32,000 nt of DNA from Methanopyrus kandleri AV19. GTDB taxonomy: Archaea; JAADCQ01; Methanopyri; Methanopyrales; Methanopyraceae. Positions 24,364-31,690 of the stretch are shown here, in pieces (positions within the stretch are counted from its first letter, which is position 1; the number at the start of each line of letters is the position of its first letter). Made by a program: the position numbers and the translations under genes. The DNA lies in the NCBI RefSeq assembly GCF_000007185.1, contig NC_003551.1:600001-632000 (forward strand), written 5' to 3'. The notes under the pieces were generated by a model. The model was not told where the DNA came from. It did not search any database and saw only the letters and a list, made by a program, of their open reading frames with translations.

Positions 24364-25800
24364 ATGGGATTATTCTCCAAGCTCTTCCGTCGCGGACCGA
24401 AGCCTCAAATCGCGGAGAGCGAGCGGGTCACGGGCCCCCTAGCCGTCAGCCGGGACTACTACATCGTGGCCTCCGTCGAGCTGGGTAACACGACCACTAA
24501 ATGCATCCTCACAGCTACCGACCTGAAGGAAGGCGTCACGTACCTTATTCACAAGGAGGTACGAATGACCAGGGACGTGCGCCCACCGCGGTCCGGAGAG
24601 GAGGTGTTCGGAAAGACCGTGTGGGGTGTCGAGCTCACGCGGGATTCCGTGGCCGAGATGGTGGCGGACACGCTCAAGTCGGCCGTCAAGAACGCCAACA
24701 TCAAGATCGACGACGTCCACTTCGTCGTGCGCTCCACCGGTGTGACCGCCGGGTTCGCGTCCCCGGAAGAAGTCGGCGAGATGATCAAGGCGCTCGCGGA
24801 CGGATGCCTGAAGGCCGGAGTGCCTCCCAATAGGATGACGGCGGCTATGAGCAAAGAGCAGATCCCGGAGCCCTTCAGGGAGCACTCCCTCATCGACAAG
24901 GTGTATTTCGACGGTGCCGTCACCGGCGTGAAGCCGCCGGCCGGGAAGGAGGTCGTGGCCAACGAGATGGAAGGAGAGCTGGTGATGGCCGGCATCAAGG
25001 TCGGCGCCAAGTCCACGAAGGTGGACTTCCGTAACCCCTGCATGGCCATAGACTACGGGACCACCCTCGCGGGCAGGATCACCAACGACGAGCTCCCCTA
25101 CGCGGATACGATCGGGAACCTTTGCGGTCTCGCCGGTGCGATCATGGACGCGATCGCCAGGGGATGCGGGGAGATCGACGAGGAGATCGGCTGCGCCTTG
25201 GACCTACCCTCCGACGTCGAGCCCGACGTAGGGGAGAAGGCCCGCGAGCTGGCGGAGGAGGCGCACGAGTACATCGACATCCGTGAGATACCCGCTAACC
25301 GAGAGCGCTTCGGTACGGTTCCGGTGAATCCCAAGGCCGCGAAGAAGGCGGGTCTCAAGCTCCTCGGCTGCGACGTCGGTGAGAACGGCAGTGATCTATC
25401 CCGACTCACCGAGATCGGCCGTGAGGCGTACGAAGAGGGAGGTTACGAGCTACTCTTCGGAGTCCTGGACTGGACCGCGACGCTGATCGCCAAACGTCTG
25501 ATCGAGACGGCCCTCGACCTGGATCTGATCGACGAGAACACCGCGATCGGGATCACCGGACGTGCCGGCACGACGGGCAAGAAGCCGGAGCTGATCTGTC
25601 GGATGATCGCGGAAGAGTTCGGAGACTACTGGGACCCGGAGGAAGACCTCGTCTTCGTCGACGACGGACTCGCCCGAGGCGCCGCTACGATGGCCCGATG
25701 CATGAACTGCCTCGGGACCCCGGAGAACCCGCTGGGAGGGAACCGTGGCGGGGGTTGTATCCTCGGTCTCAGGATCAAACACCAACAGGAGGGTTCCTGA
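24364..25800 (+). CDS. methanogen-conserved ASKHA-like (actin/Hsp70/reactivase-type ATPase fold) protein; possibly the 'methanogenesis marker 14' family
   Basis: 478 aa. The N-terminal phosphate-1-like strand-loop is IVASVELGNTTTKCIL, and later Gly-rich blocks are DYGTTLAGRI and GITGRAGTTGK. The family name is from memory only. Confidence 0.5.
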   Translation: MGLFSKLFRRGPKPQIAESERVTGPLAVSRDYYIVASVELGNTTTKCILTATDLKEGVTYLIHKEVRMTRDVRPPRSGEEVFGKTVWGVELTRDSVAEMVADTLKSAVKNANIKIDDVHFVVRSTGVTAGFASPEEVGEMIKALADGCLKAGVPPNRMTAAMSKEQIPEPFREHSLIDKVYFDGAVTGVKPPAGKEVVANEMEGELVMAGIKVGAKSTKVDFRNPCMAIDYGTTLAGRITNDELPYADTIGNLCGLAGAIMDAIARGCGEIDEEIGCALDLPSDVEPDVGEKARELAEEAHEYIDIREIPANRERFGTVPVNPKAAKKAGLKLLGCDVGENGSDLSRLTEIGREAYEEGGYELLFGVLDWTATLIAKRLIETALDLDLIDENTAIGITGRAGTTGKKPELICRMIAEEFGDYWDPEEDLVFVDDGLARGAATMARCMNCLGTPENPLGGNRGGGCILGLRIKHQQEGS

Positions 25801-26347
25801 CGTACCGCCCTCCGGCTTCCAGGAAGTACTCGAGAGCCTGGAGTCGGTGGAAACGTGTCGAGACCTCGCCTACTTATGCCGCGAGGTCGCCCGCCGTGCC
25901 GATCCCAGGGTCCTAGCCTTGCTCCGCAGGGACGCGTGGCGGCAGGCCCGGTTCGTCCACCCCAGGAGCTACCGTGAGAAGATCCTACGTTCCCTGTTCT
26001 TCGCACTGACCGCGAGGATCAACCAGATGCGGCGACTGGACCCCGAGGAATACCCGGAGGACCCCATCGAGGGTTACGATAGGTTCTTGGAGATCGTACG
26101 CGAGTACGCCGAGGACCCGGACTACGACTCCCCACTACTCCTCCTGTACGAGTCCCTCTCGGCCGCCTACGCCATCTTCCTACGCGGTGAGCCGGTTCAC
26201 CCGCCCGGTACGGAGTTCCCCGGAGTAGGGAAGGTCCGTCGGACGGACGACTGTTACTACTGCCCGATCAAGGAGCGACGTGAGGATCAGCCGGGGTCGT
26301 TCTGCACCTTATGTCCGGCGGAACAGGATCCGGAGGTGGTATCGTGA
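25745..26347 (+). CDS. UPF0305/DUF2115-like methanogen-specific protein (start uncertain: ATG 25745 overlaps the upstream gene by 56 nt; GTG 25847 gives 166 aa)
   Basis: ...CRDLAYLCREVARR...YREKILRSLFFALTARINQMR...YDRFLEIVREYAED...LYESLSAAYAIFLRGEPVHPPGTEFPG...YYCPIKERRED..SFCTLCP, with a C-terminal Cys cluster. The family name is from memory only. Confidence 0.5.
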   Translation: MAGVVSSVSGSNTNRRVPDVPPSGFQEVLESLESVETCRDLAYLCREVARRADPRVLALLRRDAWRQARFVHPRSYREKILRSLFFALTARINQMRRLDPEEYPEDPIEGYDRFLEIVREYAEDPDYDSPLLLLYESLSAAYAIFLRGEPVHPPGTEFPGVGKVRRTDDCYYCPIKERREDQPGSFCTLCPAEQDPEVVS

Positions 26348-27258
26348 GGCCTGTGGTGACGGTCGTGGGCAGTCACCCGGTCGGTCACGAGCCCACGCTC
26401 AAGGATCGCCTCCTCGAGAAACTCAGGAGGAGGTCCGCCTACGCTCCCGCCATACATGAGGCCGTCCGCGACCAGACGGAGGCGGGTGTGGAGCTGGTCT
26501 CCGACGGCCAGGTTCGGGGGGACATGATCGAGATCTTCGCCTCTCACATCCCCGGGATGACCGTCGAGGACGGCCCCGCGGTGATAGGTCGGGTGGAGCC
26601 CCCCAGGTTCTCGCCCCTAGTGCTCGATTACCGCGAGGCTACTCGGGTCGCGGGGGAGGTCGAAGTCAAGGCGATCCTCACCGGCCCGGTCACGCTGTGT
26701 TATTCCCTCGAGGTGCGCACGGATCTTTACCCCTCCAACGACCATTCCAGCCTCTTGAAGGACGTGGCGCGAGCCCTGTCGGCGGAGGCCCGGCTACTCC
26801 GGCGCGAAGGGGCGAGCGTACTGCAGGTGGACGAGCCGATACTGTCGGCCGGTGTGACCTCCGTTAAGAAGGTGGCTCGATACGTGAACACCGTCCTGAA
26901 GGCGTTCAAGGGCGGTACCAGGGTCCTACACGTCTGCGGAGACGTCACCGAGGTGTACCTCGATCTGGAGGAGAACATCGACGCCGACGTGTTCGACCAC
27001 GAGTTCGCCGGTCACCCGGAGAACCTCGAGGTCGTCGCCGAAGGAGATAGCCCGATCGGCGTCGGAGTGGTGCGCTCCGATACCGACCGCGTCGAGAGTT
27101 TGGACGAGGTGGTAGGACTGCTGGAGAAGGCGCGGGAGGCGATGGGAGACCGTATCGAGTTCGTGGACCCCGACTGCGGTCTCCGGAAGCTACCCCGTGA
27201 GATCGCCAAGAAGAAGCTCGAGGTGGTCCGGAAGGCCAGGGACCGCGTGTTTCGTTAA
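26344..27258 (+). CDS. short archaeal MetE-type (cobalamin-independent methionine synthase catalytic-domain) methyltransferase
   Basis: GTG 26344 (V12 of the tracked ORF) overlaps the upstream stop as GTGA. GSHPV..., SDGQVRGDMIEIF, LTGPVT, LQVDEP, Zn-ligand-like LHVCGDV and FVDPDCGLRKLP. Confidence 0.8.
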   Translation: MRPVVTVVGSHPVGHEPTLKDRLLEKLRRRSAYAPAIHEAVRDQTEAGVELVSDGQVRGDMIEIFASHIPGMTVEDGPAVIGRVEPPRFSPLVLDYREATRVAGEVEVKAILTGPVTLCYSLEVRTDLYPSNDHSSLLKDVARALSAEARLLRREGASVLQVDEPILSAGVTSVKKVARYVNTVLKAFKGGTRVLHVCGDVTEVYLDLEENIDADVFDHEFAGHPENLEVVAEGDSPIGVGVVRSDTDRVESLDEVVGLLEKAREAMGDRIEFVDPDCGLRKLPREIAKKKLEVVRKARDRVFR

Positions 27259-27286
27259 GTCTTGTGAGGCTACGGCGACGAAAGAC

Positions 27287-27301
27287 AATATTAATAATAT
27301 T
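27287..27301. promoter_or_regulatory. AATATT-AAT-AATATT AT-only element (TATA-like / operator-like) upstream of the HTH ORF
   Basis: 15 consecutive A/T bases containing two self-complementary AATATT hexamers, about 25-35 nt upstream of GTG 27325/27334. Confidence 0.4.
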
Positions 27302-27324
27302 CGACCTTATGATGGTAATACGAG

Positions 27325-27636
27325 GTGCTAACGGTGACGGACATTGTTGAGAAAATAGCCGAAATCCTGGAGCGTGGTGACGGTAGGTATCTGATCATGG
27401 GGATGGTCCAGGCTCACGGGTTAGGTCTGCGCTCCCTGGCCGACTCGGTAGACGTCCCGGTCGAGGTGCTGGCCACGATCGAGATCGAGGGGTTCGGGAA
27501 GGTCCCCCACAAATCGCTCGTCCGCAAGCTCGCGGAGTGGATCGAAGAAAGGGATCTGGACCCGGAGGATCTCGTCAAGGCCGGTTGGGCCCGCTTCGAG
27601 CTCGAGTACTTCGAGCCGGAGCTCTGGAGAAGATAG
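27325..27636 (+). CDS. small helix-turn-helix (XRE-like) protein
   Basis: 103 aa. GLGLRSLADSVDVPVEVLATIEIEGFGKVPHKSLVRKLAEWI resembles an XRE-type HTH. The start is GTG 27325 or GTG 27334 (after GAGGTG). See the finding on a possible frame change near 27620. Confidence 0.55.
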   Translation: MLTVTDIVEKIAEILERGDGRYLIMGMVQAHGLGLRSLADSVDVPVEVLATIEIEGFGKVPHKSLVRKLAEWIEERDLDPEDLVKAGWARFELEYFEPELWRR

Positions 27637-27779
27637 AAGACGACGAACTCCGAGCGGAAATCGAGCGTAAATCCCCCACGGAACTGGATCTGATCACCCT
27701 CCTTCGGGTCGCAGAAGCCCTTTCGTAACCCCCTCAGACCGTATGCCCCTCTTCACACTCTCCGCCACTTTACGGTTCC

Positions 27780-28313
27780 TCATCGGGGGATTAAGGTAAT
27801 CATCAGCACGTACGTGAGTAATGTCCCGCCCGCGACACCCACCGCCACTTGATAACCCGTGTGGGCGTTCAACTTCAGCCTCGCCCAACAGACGACCGCC
27901 GTCACGATCGACCAGGGTATCCCCGCCCACCATTCCCCCAACCACGCGATCGCGCCCATGACGGTGCCCATCGAGGCCGCGTGAATGCTGATTTTCCAGA
28001 ACCTGGTCACTCCGGCCACCGCCATCGCGGCTATCGCGTAAGTTAACATCAGGCAAACCATGGGGCGCGTGACTCCTACCTTGCACATCACTAGGGCGCC
28101 GATGGCGTGGTAGATAGCACCGACCGTCAGGAGTGGTAGCCGGTCCCGTCTCTTGGAGACGAACACATCGGTGCCCTTCACCCGGATGTAAACTGCTGCC
28201 GTGAGTATCACTAACAGTACTCCGAAGAACAGCCCCAGCGCTGTACCCACCACGTCCCCGTACTTCTTGCCTACGAGGATGACGGTGGCCGCCTCGGCGG
28301 TCGACGGGTTCAC
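27780..28313 (-). CDS. PAP2-superfamily membrane phosphatase-like protein
   Basis: 177 aa with about 5 TM segments. The motif series KRRDRLP ... KISIHAA ... ARLKLNAHTGYQV matches degenerate PAP2 motifs KxxxxxxRP / SxH / (S)RxxxxxHxxxQ(D). Confidence 0.6.
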   Translation of the reverse strand: MNPSTAEAATVILVGKKYGDVVGTALGLFFGVLLVILTAAVYIRVKGTDVFVSKRRDRLPLLTVGAIYHAIGALVMCKVGVTRPMVCLMLTYAIAAMAVAGVTRFWKISIHAASMGTVMGAIAWLGEWWAGIPWSIVTAVVCWARLKLNAHTGYQVAVGVAGGTLLTYVLMITLIPR

Positions 28314-28362
28314 GACCAGAGAGACCGCCTTGGCGACCCGCTCGATCGCGCCAACACCCCCG

Positions 28363-28776
28363 TCACTCCCTGCTGACCAGGACCGCTCCTATCACTATCA
28401 GTATGCACCCGACCACCGTCTCGACGCTAGGCCGCTCCCTCAGGGCCAGGATGGAAAACAGTGTCGCGAACAGCGGATACGTGCTCGACAACGGCACGAT
28501 CCTGGAGGCCTGCCCAGAGCTGAGGGCTAGGTAGTAAAGGTACAGCCCCAACCCTCCGGCCAGTATCCCGCCGACGATCATGTAGCCGACGTATTTCAGG
28601 CCACCCACCTGCGACCTACCGACGGCCAGACACACCACCGCGAGGAACGCCACCGCCGCCAGGCTCCGGATCAGGGTGGCCGTCATGGGGTCCATTCCAC
28701 GTAGCCCGACTTTCTCGATCACCGGCGCTAGGCCCCACAGTAACGCCGCCAACAGTGCGTACGTCTCCGCCTTCAT
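28363..28776 (-). CDS. half-size EamA-domain (DMT superfamily) membrane protein
   Basis: 137 aa with 4-5 TM segments. ALLAALLWGLAPVIEK...IVPLSSTYPLFATLFSILALRERPS...G..LIVIGAVLV is typical of a single EamA repeat. Confidence 0.75.
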   Translation of the reverse strand: MKAETYALLAALLWGLAPVIEKVGLRGMDPMTATLIRSLAAVAFLAVVCLAVGRSQVGGLKYVGYMIVGGILAGGLGLYLYYLALSSGQASRIVPLSSTYPLFATLFSILALRERPSVETVVGCILIVIGAVLVSRE

Positions 28777-29018
28777 CCCACGAACTCCACCCTTTTCACC
28801 CGTAGTACCTTCAGCCGCTCGGTCGGGACACCTTCCTCGGGCTCCTCGTAACCCGCCAGCACCTCGACCTCTTCGTGCGGCTCCAGCTCTCGACGCTCCT
28901 CGAGCACGAGGTCGCCTTCCCGGATCAGCATGGCGAGCTTCCGCTTCACATTCGCGCTCCCTATTCTGATCTCCAGCTCCTCACGCTCCCCCTCCAGCCT
29001 GACTCGGTTGAACTGCAA
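28773..29018 (-). CDS. 81-aa uncharacterised protein co-linear with SepSecS
   Basis: The TTG start directly abuts the SepSecS stop (TGATTG), and the stop overlaps the EamA ATG (ATGA). MQFNRVRLEGEREELEIRIGSANVKRKLAMLIREGDLVLEERRELEPHEEVEVLAGY... Opposite-strand ORFs here are Pro/Arg/Ser junk. Confidence 0.55.
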   Translation of the reverse strand: MQFNRVRLEGEREELEIRIGSANVKRKLAMLIREGDLVLEERRELEPHEEVEVLAGYEEPEEGVPTERLKVLRVKRVEFVG

Positions 29019-30332
29019 TCACTCACCCTCCAACTCCCGCTCGAGCCTTTCGACGGCCGTTTTGACGTCCTCCTCTCGGACACCGATGGCAGCGTTGATG
29101 GTGATGTAGTTCGAATGGTACCCCCGGAGCCGGCTGGTTCCGAACGGATCGTCCGCACGAACACCCCTCGGTCCCGTGACCCTCCTCACGTACAGCCTGG
29201 CCGCGAGGTCCACGGGGTCGTGCCCTTCCACGGCGACCGCCGAGGCTATCGGGTTATCCACGTCGAGCACGCGGACGTCGTCTCGACGGGCCTCGAGATC
29301 CTCCAACAGCTCGTCCAAAAGCGCTTTGCACTCCTTCTGCCTCCGCATCAGGCGCCGGTATCCCTTCATCCCCAAGGAGAGCAGCGAGATTAACGCGTGG
29401 GCCACCGGTGCCGCGCTGGCGCGACCAGGATAAGCCCTGGAAACCTCCCGGAGCGTCTCCTCGTCCGGCGCGTACACGATCCCTCCACCCACGGGTGTTA
29501 GGAGGTTCTTGTCCGTCGAGCTTACGACCACGTCCACGCGCCCTCGCTTGATCGCTCGGTTCAGTAGATCTCGGTACTGCTCGTGCTGGATCCCGTAGGC
29601 GGCGTTCACGACGTGAGGGACCCCGTACTCCTCGCAGAGTTCGGCGATCTCGGGCAGCGGATCGCTGCTTCGCGGTGGGAAGAACGTCAGCGTGCTCAGC
29701 ACGGCAGCCGGGGACTCCGAGCGCTCCAAGGCCTCCTCCACATCCCCTGGGTCCACCACGATCCTGTCACCCTCGATCTCCGTGTCCACCACCCTCATCC
29801 CGAAGCCGGCCAGTCGCACGGCTTTAATCGGACTCTTGTGGGCGGCGTACGGATAGATCACCTCCTCGCCTTCACCCAACGCCGACAGGCACAGCGCTAT
29901 CGACAGTCCCGTAGCACCGGGTACCACGAAGGCACCTTCGATCCGGAACCCGAGCCTCCGGAGGAAGTCCGTGACCAGCCTGTTCGTTAACGCGTACATT
30001 ATCGAGGCGCCCGGAGCCTTCGGCTGTGGATCCACGAGCGTCCCGCTCCTACCCACACCGTGGCAGAACCCGAACACGGACTCCTCCGCAAGCCTTGAGG
30101 CTACCCGGGCTTCCCTCTCCCCGATACGTGCCGCCTTGGGGTCCTTGTCGGTGTCCATCCTCGACAGCTCCCACAGGAACGTCGCGATGACGTCGTCCGG
30201 CCAGCCCTCCTCCGGCATCCTACGCTCGCTGAGGAGTCGTTCCACGGGTTCCCTGTAGGAGTCGAGCACGGTACGCCCACGCTCCAGCATGTGGTCGGGG
30301 ATGAGTCCCCGCATGTCCTCCGGGTCCAGCAA
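29019..30332 (-). CDS. spcS: O-phosphoseryl-tRNA(Sec) selenium transferase (SepSecS)
   Basis: LIPDHMLERG...RRMPEEGW...FLWELSRMDTDKDPKAARIGEREARV...GFCHGVGRSGTLVDPQPKAPGASIMYALTN...STDKNLLTPVGGG is colinear with archaeal SepSecS as I remember it. The start is TTG 30332 (after GGGGTG; aligns with MLDFNIEGLIP of the Methanococcus enzyme) or ATG 30314. The tracked ORF's first 47 codons are Ser/Thr junk. Confidence 0.9.
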   Translation of the reverse strand: MLDPEDMRGLIPDHMLERGRTVLDSYREPVERLLSERRMPEEGWPDDVIATFLWELSRMDTDKDPKAARIGEREARVASRLAEESVFGFCHGVGRSGTLVDPQPKAPGASIMYALTNRLVTDFLRRLGFRIEGAFVVPGATGLSIALCLSALGEGEEVIYPYAAHKSPIKAVRLAGFGMRVVDTEIEGDRIVVDPGDVEEALERSESPAAVLSTLTFFPPRSSDPLPEIAELCEEYGVPHVVNAAYGIQHEQYRDLLNRAIKRGRVDVVVSSTDKNLLTPVGGGIVYAPDEETLREVSRAYPGRASAAPVAHALISLLSLGMKGYRRLMRRQKECKALLDELLEDLEARRDDVRVLDVDNPIASAVAVEGHDPVDLAARLYVRRVTGPRGVRADDPFGTSRLRGYHSNYITINAAIGVREEDVKTAVERLERELEGE

Positions 30333-30690
30333 GGTCGACACCCCGGTCGTCGAGCTACGTGGGAAGTCGAGAGCCGTCTCCCGTGAGGTACTCCTGGCGC
30401 TCGAGGAGCTCGAGGAGCTGAACGTTAAAGTCGTGAGCGCTGGGGTCGACCTCGGCGAGGAGGACCGGCCCACGTTCTACGCGGCTCGATTCCTGGACCT
30501 TCCCGAGCTCGAGGTCGACCGGAGAACGGCCGTCCGGTTGCTCCAGGGGGAGGAAATCCCGGTGGACGCGAGGCCGGGCCATTACCGGGTGATCGTCGGG
30601 AACGTGGTCCTGGGTGTGGGGAAAGTCGGTCGTGACGGGAAACTCCGATGCCGTGCACCGAGGAAGTACGCGAGACTCAGGTTGTGGTGA
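30289..30690 (+). CDS. PUA-like RNA-binding domain protein (RsmF-type 'Methyltranf_PUA'-like), start uncertain
   Basis: AVRLLQGEEIPVDARPGHYRVIVGNVVLGVGKVGRDGKLRCRAPRKYARL matches the G-E-x-I ... LG-x-GK ... L-K/R-x-x-x-P-K/R pattern of the PUA-like domain normally fused to RsmF-type m5C methyltransferases. Candidate starts are ATG 30289/30301/30313 or GTG 30433. Confidence 0.5.
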   Translation: MWSGMSPRMSSGSSKVDTPVVELRGKSRAVSREVLLALEELEELNVKVVSAGVDLGEEDRPTFYAARFLDLPELEVDRRTAVRLLQGEEIPVDARPGHYRVIVGNVVLGVGKVGRDGKLRCRAPRKYARLRLW

Positions 30691-30693
30691 GCG

Positions 30694-31617
30694 ATGAGGT
30701 ACGTGGAAGAGTTCCGTGAGCGTTTGGAGCGGATCTTCGGTGACCGTGCCGAGGACGTGTACCGGTACCTGTTGGAGGGTCGTCCACCCACTTACGTCCG
30801 GGTGAACACGCTGAAGGCGGACGTCGAGGAGGTTGTGGAGAACCTCGAAACGGCGGGAGTCGAGCTCGCCGAAACCCCACTATCGTACGCCTTCCGTGTC
30901 CTCAGTAGTCCCGGGCCGCTGGGTTCCTCGCTGGAACACGTGGCCGGTTACCTTTACCTTCAGGACCTGGCTTCGATGGTCCCCCCGGAGCTCCTTGACC
31001 CGGAACCTCCGGGTCCCGTGATAGACCTGTGCGCGGCCCCCGGGAGCAAAACCACGCAGTTAGCACAGCTGCTCGGCGGCGAGGGCGTCGTACTGGCCGT
31101 CGACGCCGACCCTCGGCGCGTCCGGGCTCTGGTTCACAACGTGAACAGGCTGGGATGTGTCAACGTGATCGTGGCACACGCCGACGCGGCACGTCTGCGT
31201 ATCAGCGCCCCTTTCCTCCTGCTGGATCCCCCGTGCTCGGGTGAGGGCACCCTGCACCGAGATCCACACGCCCTACGTACCTGGACTCCGAAGAAACCCG
31301 GGAGGTTCGCCCGGACGCAGCTGCGCCTCCTGAGGGCCGCCCTGAGGATGCTGCCGCCGGGCGGCCGTCTGGTGTACTCGACCTGTACGTTCTCCGTCGA
31401 AGAGAACGAGCTGGTGATCCACGAGGCTCTAGGGAACGACGACAGGTACCGGATAGTCCCGTCCGTCCCACGGTGGCTCGAACCTCACACCGTCCCCGGG
31501 CTAACCGAGTGGGAAGGGAGGGAGCTCCGGGAGGACCTGAGGCACGCCTTCAGGATCGATCCGGCCAGCCTAGAATCCGACGGTTTTTTCGTCGCGGTAA
31601 TCGAGCGTCGCCACTGA
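30694..31617 (+). CDS. NOL1/NOP2/Sun-family RNA cytosine-C5 methyltransferase
   Basis: 307 aa. SAM-binding DLCAAPGSKTTQL, catalytic motif IV LLDPPCSGEGT and motif VI LVYSTCTFSVEENE. Confidence 0.9.
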   Translation: MRYVEEFRERLERIFGDRAEDVYRYLLEGRPPTYVRVNTLKADVEEVVENLETAGVELAETPLSYAFRVLSSPGPLGSSLEHVAGYLYLQDLASMVPPELLDPEPPGPVIDLCAAPGSKTTQLAQLLGGEGVVLAVDADPRRVRALVHNVNRLGCVNVIVAHADAARLRISAPFLLLDPPCSGEGTLHRDPHALRTWTPKKPGRFARTQLRLLRAALRMLPPGGRLVYSTCTFSVEENELVIHEALGNDDRYRIVPSVPRWLEPHTVPGLTEWEGRELREDLRHAFRIDPASLESDGFFVAVIERRH

Positions 31618-31690
31618 CAATTTAGTGTACGACCGTCACCCTCCGAGTGGGACTTAATCACGTCCACCTCCACTCTCTGCGGGTGATCAC

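Noticed and set aside
30688-30690. Selenocysteine insertion at the in-frame TGA between the PUA-like ORF and the methyltransferase
   Set aside because: Kept only as the least likely option in the finding. The position is an inter-domain linker, an ATG follows 3 nt later, and I found no GAA_A-type archaeal SECIS hairpin in the 3' region.
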